Assembly (NCBI GenBank): GCA_035084275.1
Contig: CM068762.1
Coordinates: forward strand, 11,718,001 to 11,782,000
DNA from: Hydrolagus colliei
Taxonomy: Eukaryota
DNA length: 64,000 nt
Direction: 5' to 3'
The position numbers and the translations under genes were made by a program. The notes beneath the pieces are model-generated. The model saw only the letters and a program-made list of their open reading frames with translations. It ran no database searches and had not been told where the DNA came from. Shown one piece after another: positions 35,132-46,300 of this stretch (the stretch's first letter is position 1; the number at the start of each line of letters is the position of its first letter).

Positions 35132-38100
35132 TTAGGAATTCCTGCCAGATTTAACTCAACCTTACCTTAGAAAAACGCCTTCAACTGTGTTAATGCCTCT
35201 TCCATTGGTTGACGTTGAGAGAATTTGGCATCAAGTGACACAGTGACAACATTCACAAGCAAACATTACAATGATTTGCTTGGTCAGAATTACAATGACT
35301 CGATTGCTTGTTCTGAGATGACAGCAGCCATCAATAAAACCCACTCCCCACGGCAAACTATACAGACACAAACACAATGAAAACCTGACCCCAATCACAT
35401 TTCTCTTCCCAGAAAGTCTTACAATCAATGCTGCCGGTTCCCTAGTCCTCCTGTTGTCCTTACCTCTCCTGAATGGACTGACGCGCTAACATTCTACCAC
35501 GAGACTGTGAGTTTACAGGAATCCTTCGTCGTCTCTTTGAGAACTTTGTGTTGATTACGACTGAAACTGTGCAGAGAGCCAGAACCCCAAAGGTGATCCA
35601 GCGGAGGATGTCCCACACATTCCATTGCCTGGATCTGAACAATCAACAACAACAACAAAATTACATTTATTGAACCTCTTTCACGTCGCGAGGACGTCCT
35701 AAGGCGCTGACGTCAAAGGTGATCATAAGAAATCTGCATCTTTGGCTACAACTTGATTTTTGTTCAGCTCATCCAACTAGCATCAGGTATCACTTAGAAT
35801 AGTGCTGAACACACCAAGCTATTAGAAACTAAAACGCAAATAATCAAGGCTATAAAGAGAACCAATATATTTACGCTACCTTACGCTACCAATGTATTTA
35901 CGCTACGCTACGTGAGGTGCTTTGAGACGTTCGAAGACGTGATTCAACGCTATATCAAATGCAAGTATTCTCATTATTACTACAAATAATTTGGTTTACC
36001 AATTTTATTTGGTTTACCTCCAGAGGAATCGAATCAGGAAGGAGGCAATAAATGGTGAATTTCCATGAAATCTTGGTTGGACCACATATGGAGAACTGTG
36101 TACTCTTCTGGTCAGCATTGCTGCAGAGAGGACTTACCAGCAGTGGAGAGTATACAGCAGAGATTTAAGACAATGTAACCATAGATTATTATCGTGGTTA
36201 CAGCGGCCAGGAAAGACTGGGCAGGTTTGAGCTTCTCTCTTGGGAGATAAAGGTGTTTAAGAAGAGATCTGATAAAATTACTTAATTTTAGTCAGGATGA
36301 TAAATTTGTCCAAAACCTTAGTCCGACCACATTTGGAGAACTGTGCTCAGTTCTGGTCAACATGGCTCCAGATAGGACATTAGGCCAATGGAGGGAATGC
36401 AGCAGAGATACAGTCGGATATTACCAGGGTCTTTTGCGGGAGCCTCGGTATTGGAAACAGAAGAACTTGTGGCCGACCTGAGAGTTGTACTTGTCGGTAT
36501 CTCGGTAGCTGTTGATGTCCTGGTAGTTGGACCCAATGTTGTTGATGTCCTGGTAGTTGGACCCAATGTTGTCTTTCCTGCTGGGCCTGGGGACCATTGA
36601 AGAAATGGACGGTATCAGCAGAGTCAAGAACAACAACAACAAAATTACAATCATGGAGCGCCTTTCACGCAGGGAGGACGTCCCAAGTTGCTGAACAGTC
36701 AGGTCAGGACCTGGTCAAGGGAGAGGGGCAGGGTAGGGTGCAGGGGTGGGAGAGAGTTGGGAGGGGAGGGAGAGAGTTAGAAGGGCAGCAGAAGGCAAGG
36801 TCGAAGTCACTGGCCTTGAAGGAGGCGAGGGAGGGAGCGTGGCGAAGGGACTGTGGGATGGAGTTCCAGAGTTTGGGGGCAGAGAGACTGAATAAGAACA
36901 TAAGATTAAGAAGCAGGATTAGGCCATCCGGCCCTTTGAGCCTGCCCCACCATTGAATCAGATCATGGCTGATCTTCTAATCTAACTCCACCTGCCCCGC
37001 CTTCTCCCCATATCCCTTAATCCCTTTAATAAGATTTTATACCAAAAGCGTCTAGTGTTTGTTACTGGGGTAGAATTCCATATGGCTCCACATTTACAAT
37101 AACAGTAACAGCCTTTCATCTCGGGAGGACGTCCCAAGGCGCTGGGGTTTGTGACTCCTGTAATGTAACATTTCAGAGAGTCCAGAGTTTGTCTTAGAGT
37201 CTTTCATTCTGTAAATTCTAGAGTGCTTATTGGGTAGAGTCTGTGATTGAATTAATTGTACCTTGTTCATCATACGAAATGCCTTGCTGTGCTTTACGTG
37301 AAGTGAACAGATCTGCGTTAGTTATTGTAATTATGTCAATTAACCAGGGCTGTCGGAGAGGCACATAGTAAGTCATATCAAAATTAACTCATCAAGCAGT
37401 TTTGTTTAAATAACTAGACATGAGAATGGGAAAAAACGTCCTGTGTAATGTTCCTATTGTAAATTAATAACCCAAACGTGAGTTAAAGGCATTGGTCTCA
37501 TTGCTTTACTAGTCAATTTCTCCCAGTATGTGTTCAATGTTACATTTCTTGGCTGAGCAAAGATGATAGGGTTAGGAATCATCTACAGAAATCTTGTACC
37601 AAGTTCGAAAGTCAGAGAATCTGATTCTACAGCTACAGATTGCTCTTTAATAACCTGAGACAAACGGTGAAATTCCGTCAATGCTGAAAATCTGCAACAA
37701 AAACATAAGAACATCTATAGAGATAGACACTGCCTGACCTGCTGACTGTTCCCAGCCACTTGTCTTGTTTTTATATTTAATATCCTTAGTGTTGCAGTTG
37801 TCAACTGTCCGACACCTTGCCAACTGTTAGCAATAACCTGAGATCTACTCTCATTATCAAAATGGCAATTGCCGACTTACCTTCAACAATCTGTAATTCG
37901 ACTTCAAACATTAAATTGGAAAACGACTTCCTTATAACACACCAGTACAGGCCTCCATCGTTCCTCGTTAGATGATCCATTGTTACTGAAAACATCCCTC
38001 GCAACTTATCATCACTGATTGACAGTCTGTGTGTTGGAGGATCACCAGCAGTAATCAGAATAGAGCAACTGGAATAAACATCACCTTTACACCAGTATTT

Positions 38101-41100
38101 TACATTATTCCTGTAATACTGAGTATAGCTACAGGTGACAGTGACTGAACTTCCCAATACTCCGGACACCTCGGACGGTCCTGTTAGCTGCCGTGAACCT
38201 GCTGGGATATGAGGAGTGAGAGTCTGTTACCAAGTGTAGCCAGAAACAGTATCTGTATTTCATACCAAACTAACAATAATAACAACAACATGAATTGGCA
38301 TTTATTTAGTGCCAATTCATATTGAATTGGCACTAGTGAGCAGTGGTGTGCCACAGGGATCAGTTTTGGGTCCATTGATGTTTGTAATCTACATCAATGA
38401 TCTGGACTTGGGTGTACGAAGTACAGTTTCCAAGTTTGCAGATGACACTAAGTTAGGGAGAATAGTAAATAGTGAGGAGGATAGTAGCCATCTGCAAGAG
38501 GATATAGACAAATTGGTAAAGTGGGCAGACACATGGCAGATGAAGTTTAATGCAGAGAAGTGTGAGGTGATGCATTTTGGGAGAAGAAATGAAGGGAGGC
38601 AATATAGGCTAGATAGTACAATTTTAAATGGTGTGAAGGAACAGAGAGACCTGGGGATTTGTGTTAGTGACTCGTTGAAGGTGGCAGGACAGGTAGACAA
38701 GGCTGTTAAGAAGGCATATGGGATACTAGGCTTTATAAATAGGGGTATAGAGTACAAAAGTCAAGAAGTGCTGACTAACCTCTATAAGACTTTGGTGAGG
38801 CCCCAGCTGGAATACTTTGTTCAATTCTGGTCACCACACTACAGAAAGGATGTGAAGGCATTGGAAAGGGTGCAGCGAAGATTTACTAGGATGGTGCCAG
38901 GATTGAGGGACTTCAGCTATGAGGAGAGGCTAGATAGGCTAGGGTTATTCTCTCTGGAGCAGAGAAGATTGAGGGGAGACCTAATAGAGGTTTATAAGAT
39001 CATGAGGGGTTTCGACAGGGCAAATAGAGAAAAACTATTTCCACTCGTGGGTGAATCTGTGACTCGTTGTCACAGATTTAAAATAGTTTCAAGGCGAAGT
39101 AGAGGGGAGCTGAGGAGAAATTTTTTCACTCAGCGAGTTGTTCGAATCTGGAATGCATTGCCTGAAAAGGTGGTGGAGGCTGATTCGATAACAACTTTTA
39201 AAAGGGAATTAGATCTTTATTTAGGGAGAACGGGTCTATTAAGCTATGGGGAGCGGGCAGGGCAGTGGGATTGAATCGCTCTTTTCAAAGAGCCGGCACA
39301 GACTAGATGGGCCGAATGGCCTCCTTTTGTGCTGTAAAATTCTATGAATCTATGAATCTATGAATCTATGTGGCGCAGGGTCCCCAAATGCTTCAATAGT
39401 AATCATTCTTGCACTTGATATAGTGCCTTGTTGTGTTTTTGATACATCTGAAAGCCCATCACGGAATAAACTGTAAAACAAATTGACTATATTTATGGTG
39501 GAAATGCAGCAGCCAATTGTGCACAGCTGTCCCACAAACAGTCGTGGATTAAGTGACCAAATTACTGTTATTTAAAACAGTTTTTTGAAAAGATTATTAC
39601 CCTACAAAAGTGATTTGCCAATAGACGAACTTACTAGGTTCCTGCTAGGTAAACAGAGGTGTGTGTGGAATAAGGAAACTTGCCGCACGTTTCACGCTGC
39701 CCAGGAATCCAATCAAGATCCTCTCAACTTGTGAGACGGGTGTTCTAACCACAGGCCTCCCTTATCCTCTGTAAATGGGACAGAATCCTTCTTCCCAAAG
39801 CGCTGGACAGTCAGGGGTTTGCTACTCTCTTAATGTATCATTTCAGAGCGTCCATAGTTTGTCAAACTCTTAGAATTTTCTTTCTGTAAGTTCTGTAAAT
39901 TCTAGAGCCATTAGTCTGTGATTGAATACATTGTTCTTCAGAAGAAATGCCTTGCTGTGGTTTATGTTGAGGGAACAAGTCTAAGTCTCGGTTAATTAAT
40001 GATCTGTGAATTAACCAGGATTGACTGAGAGGCACGTACTGAACAATATTAAAATCAATTCATAATGATGTTTAAATAAAGGTATACAATAAGATGGAAG
40101 AAAGTCTGCTGTGAGGTGTTCTTATTGTAAGATAATAACGTATATGTGAGTTAAAGTAATAACCTGAGATCTACTCTCATTATCAAACTGGAATAAAAAT
40201 GGCAATTGCCAATTTACCTTCAGCAATCTGTAATTTGACTTCAAACTTTAAATTGTATCGCAGAAACGAATTCCTTATAACACACCAGTACACGCCTCCA
40301 TCGTTCCTCGCCAGACGATCCATTGTTACTGAAAACATCCCTCGCTCCATGTTATCACTGATTGACATTCTTTGTTTTTGAGAATCATCAGTAGCAATCA
40401 GAATAGAGCAACTGGAATAATCATCACCTTTACACCAGAATTTTACATAATCCCTGTAATACTCAATATAGCTACAGGTGACAGTGACTGAACCTCCCGA
40501 TATTCCAGACACCTCGGACGGTCCTGTTAGCTGACATGAACCTGCTGGGATATGAGGAGTGAGAGTCGGTTACTAAGTGTGACCACGAACAGTGTCTGTA
40601 TTTAATACCAAACTAATAGCAGTGACCCCACAAACAGTCGTGGATTGAGTGACCAGATTAATATTATTCAAAACACTTATCATGAAGAGATTATTACCCA
40701 TTGAAGTGATTCCCCCTAATCGACCAACTGGGTTTGTACTGACTGCTGGGTAACCAGAGGCCTGTGGAGTAAGGAAACCTGCCCAGTGTTTCACCCTGCC
40801 CTGGAATCAAACCCAGGTCCTCTCGCTTGTGAGGCGAGTGTTCTAGCCACTGAGCTCCAGGCCTCCAACAACAACAACAATTTACATTTATAGAGCGCCT
40901 TTCACGTCGGGAGGACGTCCCAAGGCGCTGAACAAGAGGCGTGTGACACGAGCTGGGAGGGGAGTGTTTGGGAAGGGGTGAAACACGAAGGGGAGGTAAA
41001 AGAGTTCGGGGGTGGAACAAAAGGCACGATCGAAGGGGAAAGTCTTCAAACCGGCCTTGAAAGAGGAAAGGGAAGAGACGAAACGGAGGGATTGAGGGAT

Positions 41101-41963
41101 GGCATTCCATACGGTGGGAGCGGAGAAACTGAAGGCCCGGCCTCCGATGGTGGGGCGGGTCGGGCGGGGGGCTTGGAGCAGGCCAAGTCCTGTTGAACGG
41201 AGGGTCCGGGTGGGCGTGAAGGGGGAGTAGATCAGTTAGGTAGGATGGGGCAAGGCCGTGTAAGGCCTTGTAGGTGAGGACGAGGATCTTAAACTCGATC
41301 CTCTGGAGGATGGGGAGCCAGTGGAGACGGGCGAGGGTGGGGGTTATGTGGTCGCGGAGGCGGGTGCGGGATAGTACACGGGCTGCAGAGTTTTGGATGG
41401 CCTGCAGCCTATGAATGGAGGAACTGGGGAGGCCGACTAGTAGAGAATTTCCGTAATCCAGCCGTGAGGTGATGTAAGCATGCACAAGTGTTTCGGCAGC
41501 GTGGGGGGTAAGATAGTTGCGGAGCATGTGTCTCTGTAAATGAGACGGCCACTGTCAAGCCATTAAAACCAGTTGTTCATTTCACCACTGCCTGTGAAAT
41601 GGCCACTAAGTTTTGTTTGAATGAATTTAGTTTCTGTGACATGATTATTTTCAAGCCCCCCCCCCCAAAACCCACACTGAGAGATAGTTGACGTGGGGAG
41701 AAATTCGGAGGAAGAATAAGGGTCAGAGAAAACAGCAGAACAAAATACAGTCAGTGAACAGGTGGATAGTGAGACACTGACTTACGGAACGGTGTATCTC
41801 ACTCATTAAGTGACCAAAAAAACCAACCCCAGGTTCTGTGTGAGCACCGTTTGTGTGTCTCTAAACTCCTGCCTGATGAAATCAAAAGGGTCATTTTGAA
41901 ACGGGCCTTACCTGGTACTGAAGTTAGAAGAAACAGAGCGATTACAACCATTTTCTGTGCCAT
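35132..41963 (-). CDS. Receptor C: B-like ectodomain (2 IgV + stalk) with an activating-type Arg-containing TM and short tail; the stalk donor is mutated, so it may be secreted or nonfunctional
   Basis: Leader 41912-41963 (MAQKMVVIALFLLTSVPG); Ig 40218-40541 and 37881-38198; stalk starts at 36586 with its donor changed to AAAAG, reading through to a stop at 36357-36359; TM exon 35464-35634 (SRQWNVWDILRWITFGVLALCTVSVVINTKFSKRRRR); tentative final exon 35132-35141 (RNS*). Confidence 0.75.
37881..38198 (-). CDS. Receptor C IgV domain 2 exon (C2, B2/B3 chimera)
   Basis: 318 nt, open frame; 5' part and upstream intron resemble B2, the remainder resembles B3. Confidence 0.88.
38323..39370 (+). mobile_element. 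5'-truncated young CR1 LINE (RT C-terminus and 3' UTR)
   Basis: Uninterrupted ORF: SGVPQGSVLGPLMF...SKFADDTK...LVRPQLEYFVQFWSP...WNALP...FKRELD. Ends in an (AATCTATG)n tail. Absent at the paralogous site in B (about 30965). 5' boundary approximate. Confidence 0.95.
40218..40541 (-). CDS. Receptor C IgV domain 1 exon (C1)
   Basis: 316 of 324 nt identical to B1 by manual comparison; open frame; cag/gtaaat boundaries. Confidence 0.88.
40867..41525 (-). mobile_element. 5'-truncated L2 LINE
   Basis: AETLVHAYITSRLDYGNSLL...LQAIQNSAAR...LHWLPI.QRIEFKIL...KALHGLAPSYL with a (TTG)n tail; absent at the paralogous B site (about 32448). Confidence 0.92.
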
Positions 41964-42240
41964 ATTCGAACCAGGAAATTGGCATGAATTATGGGCCCCT
42001 TGAAATAGACTTATAGCCCTGCCTCTATTCTGGTCATTTGCTTGCTTTCACACTTTTCTGCTCAACAGGAAACCGAGCGGTCGGTCAACACATACAGGAG
42101 ATGCATCGAGCTCTGCAGAGGCAAATGTTTTTGGCCCTCAACAACCACAGCAACAACGACTTGCAGTCAAGAAAGACAGTCAGGTTTTGCCAAATCTGGT
42201 GGCCGAGCCGTTCTGGTGAGCTTTTCGTTATGGAAATATC
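41964..42240 (-). promoter_or_regulatory. Putative promoter module of receptor C
   Basis: ACAGGAAAC 42065-42073 inside a block homologous to the A and B upstream regions. Confidence 0.45.
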
Positions 42241-43363
42241 TCTCCATTATTTCAGGAATCTGTCTTTGCGTGTTTGTTGAGCGCGTTTGTGTCACTGTGC
42301 CGGGAATCCGTTGAGCTTTTCAGCGGTTGCTGTGTTTCCACAACCGAATGTAGGTCATCAAGCGTTCTGAGACGCCATCGAGTGTGGAGGGCACAATATA
42401 AATCTAAGTTGTTGTTGTTGTTGTTAAATCGTTCGATTAAAATGTTTGGCCGATTAAACACATTTTCTGTGCCGTTTTCAAAATGTGGAATTGAAAGTTT
42501 CTCCTATCTCTATTTGACATTATTTCCTCAATTGCGCCTTCTAGTAAACTGGAAACTGACCAGTTGCATAATAAATTCAGTTACAATTTAATTAAATTTT
42601 TCTTGCGTCTTTCGGGTCTAGATGCTCTAGTTTTATTTTTAGAACAGCGTCCCGAAAAGGTGGGGAGGGTTCGGGCCGGGGGTGTAACAAACGACACTGG
42701 AGTGTTATGTAATTACCAGACGTGCCTTTAATAATTGAATCCACGTGACAAATCTCTGCGTGAGTTGAACATGACTTTGCTCTGGTACAGTTCGTGGACT
42801 CGGGCAACAGAAGACGGCTTAGAAATGCGGAGGGTGAGATTTATCAGCGTGGACGTGAATGGTAACGTGTGTAACACTCCGCCACCCTTCACGCCACCGC
42901 CTGCTGTTTTCCTCCGCAAAAAAACTGTGTGGACGTGAAGTTGGTTTTGATGAAAGGGCAGCCGATTGAACACTCTCGGGTCCGATCAAGCCTGATCAAT
43001 TTACCCTCATTTGCTAACATAATAATGATAATAATCCTTACATTTGATATAGCGCCTTACCAAGTTCTTGAGACGTCTGAAAGCGCTTCAAAGGAATATA
43101 CCTTTCGCCCACAAAATACACAGTCAATTCACTCTACAGTCATGTTCCGTGATGCGCTTTGGGACGTCTCAAGGACGCGATCGTATCAAATGCCGGGATT
43201 ATTATTATTATTATCACTATTATTAATATTGATGATCACTCGTTTGGTTAAAGTTGAGGTGAATGAGGCAGCGCTACATAAATGCAGGGTGTTGTTCTTG
43301 TTGGTGATGGCTTGCACTGCACGCTCGGTGTCATGTACTGAGAGGTGCACAGTGAGCCAAACA

Positions 43364-46300
43364 TTACGGTTGGAATTGCTGGGAGGAGAATTCTACCGAT
43401 GGCGGAACAGCTCCTGAGTTGTGCACCTGGATGACGTTATTGTGTCCGTGGACGCCTTTCATTTTGGTATAAATTAGGAAGTCCTGATCCGCCTGCGAGC
43501 TCAGATTATTTGCCATCGCGCTGCACTGGTTATCTTGTCCGTCCTCTCTGAAAGACTTCAACAACAACAACAAAATTACATTTACAGAGCGTCTTTCACA
43601 TCGGGAGGACATCCCAAAGCGCTGAACAGTTAGGTTGGGACCCAAGCAGGGGGTGGTGGGGGGGGGGGAAGAGTCGGGGTAGGGGCAGGGGGAGGGAGAG
43701 TAGGAAAGGGGGAAGAGTTAGGAGGGCAGCAGAAGGCACGGTCGAAGAGGAAGGTCTTGAGACTGGCCACAGTACAATCAAACTCATTTTGTTTTTTAAA
43801 AAAGAAATTTAATTGGATTAATTTCCTTAAACCAACGAGTCACTATTGACGAAAGCAGGCGGGGAGAGCTAGTGATGTTTCATAGAGCGTTTCTTATGTG
43901 AGTTAGGTTCAGCTTGAAACCGCAAACTTTACAGCACACGGTTTGGAAATATTGGATGAATTGCACACTTACAAAAGCTTTGAAGACAGGGTCAAACTCT
44001 TCCTCTTCTGCCTTCCTTTTCCCACCTAGGAAAGGTCCAGGAACGAGATTCAGTGATATTAAATTAAATGGGCATCGTAATTAAGTATACGTTTCTGTTT
44101 AACAAATAATGCTAATAATAATCCTCACGTTTGATATAGCGCCTTGTCACGTCGTTCAAAGTGCTTCACAGAATGTATACAATGTAATCTGAATCGATTA
44201 TGTATTTTGTGCGTGAAACGCGGGAGCCAATTGCACAACAGCAATGTCCAACAAACAGTCATGGATTGAGTGATCACTTTATGGAGAGAGAGGGATTATT
44301 ACCCCCTGCAAAGCGATCCGCCAATTAACTGACAACAACAACAACAACAGCAGCAAAATGACACTTGTATAGCACCTTTGACGTCCCAAGGCACTGGACA
44401 GTCACTGCTTCAGACCCGAGCTGGGTTCATGGGGTGGGGAGGGTAGGGTGGGGGGGATTAGGAGTTGCCAATGGGAGCATCGAAGTGGAGAGTTTTGAGG
44501 CGGGACTTGAAGGTAGCCAGGGAGGGGGCGAGGCGGAGGGATTGCGGGATGGAGTGCCAGAGTTTGCGGCCAGAGTGGCTGCAGGCTCGCCCGCCGATGG
44601 TGGACGGATGGGTCGAGGGTCTGACAACCTACTGGTGTGGAGTAAGGAAACTTGCCTAAGGTTTCGCCCCAATGCCGCAAACTAGACACGAAAAATGGTT
44701 CAGTTTGATGCATTAATTCAGACCGACTCCAGCAAAAGAGCCTGAATTCTGCCTGGGTCAAATGGACGCCAAGGGATTGTAGGTGTATGTTTTGGGCAGG
44801 TGCTCTCTGCTTTGCCTCTCTCAGGGTCGTGACTGTAAATCAACCAACACAGTTCTCTTTGGAAGCGTCACTTACAGACTGCGGAGTGTTTTTCGTATCT
44901 GATGAAGAAGATGGTAATCACCAGGACTAGTAGGATTGAGCCACCAATTAATGGAATCAGCAAAGCAGTGGACATCCCATTGCTAAGAGAGGAGCAGAGG
45001 AATAAGATGCAGTTAATAATAATAATACTAATAATACACCTTATATTTGATACAGCGTCTTGTCACATTTTCTAGATGTCTCAAAGCGCTTCACATACTG
45101 TAAAGTGAAATGAATTTATATTTTGCGGGCGAAACGCGGCAACCGGTTGCGCACGACAGCCTCTCCCACAAACAGTCGTGAATCGAGTTGTTTTTAAAAA
45201 TTATTATTATTTTTTAAACAAAAAATCATGAGGGGATTATTACCCCCTGTAAAAGCCGACCGACTTCAAAGTTAAGCTAAGTGCCCACAATATCCTTCTT
45301 AACCCTATTGATTGTTACACTCATACAGTAAAAAGTGTATCGCGTTTCACAATCTATTCGAAAAAGGATCAAATAATATGTATCTTTTGAAATCGCCATA
45401 GCCATATACACACTATCCTTCTATATTGTGTGTATACACTCTCTCACACACACACCTACCTATATACGCACACAATGTACATCCTCACACAACATAATAC
45501 ACACATACATTGATTGCTTATTTGATATAGCTCACAGGATTTTCCTGACTGCGAGCTCTATGCCTTGATGTGGGGATTGAACCCACAGAATTCTGAGCAT
45601 GCCTTCAACTGAGCCAGGCTGATACATATTAGGGAACGGCGATATATCGGTATATCGGTAAAACCCGATATGATTTTCATATCGGTATGCCGATATAGAC
45701 ATTTTAAAAATACCGATATATCGAAAAACGGTATATCGAGGTAAAAAATCGGGATGCGAGCACAATCAACTTCACGACCCAGAATGCTCATCTCTATACA
45801 CAATGCACAGACCGAGGTGCAAAGCCGCCATCTTGTATTCATAGTCCTCGAATACATAATACAGGTATGCAAGGGGTGGGGGGAGAGAGACGGCTGTGGG
45901 TGGGGGGGGTGAGGGGGAGAGAGACTGCTGGGGTGGGGGGGTGAGGGGGAGAGAGACGGCTGGGGGTGGGGGGTGAGGGGGAGAGAGACGGCTGGGGGGG
46001 GTTGAGGGGGAGAGAGACGGCTGGGGGGAGAGGGAGATAGATGGATGGGGGGGGGAGAGGGGGAGAGAGACGGCTGTGGGGAAGAGGGGGAGAGAGATGG
46101 CTGGGGGGGAGAGAGATGGCTGGGGGGGAGAGAGATGGCTGGGGGGGGGAGAGGGGAAGAGACGGCTGGGGGGGGAGAGGGGGAGAGAGACGGCTGTGGG
46201 GGGGGAGGAGAGGGGGAGAGAGACGGCTGGGGGGGGAGGGAGAGAGACGGCTGGGGGGGGGGGGTGGGGGGGAGGAGAGATGGCTGGGGGGGGAGGGAGG

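Noticed and set aside
44760-44832. Acceptor-like CAG 43 nt after the D TM donor
   Set aside because: A 43-nt intron is below the usual vertebrate minimum.
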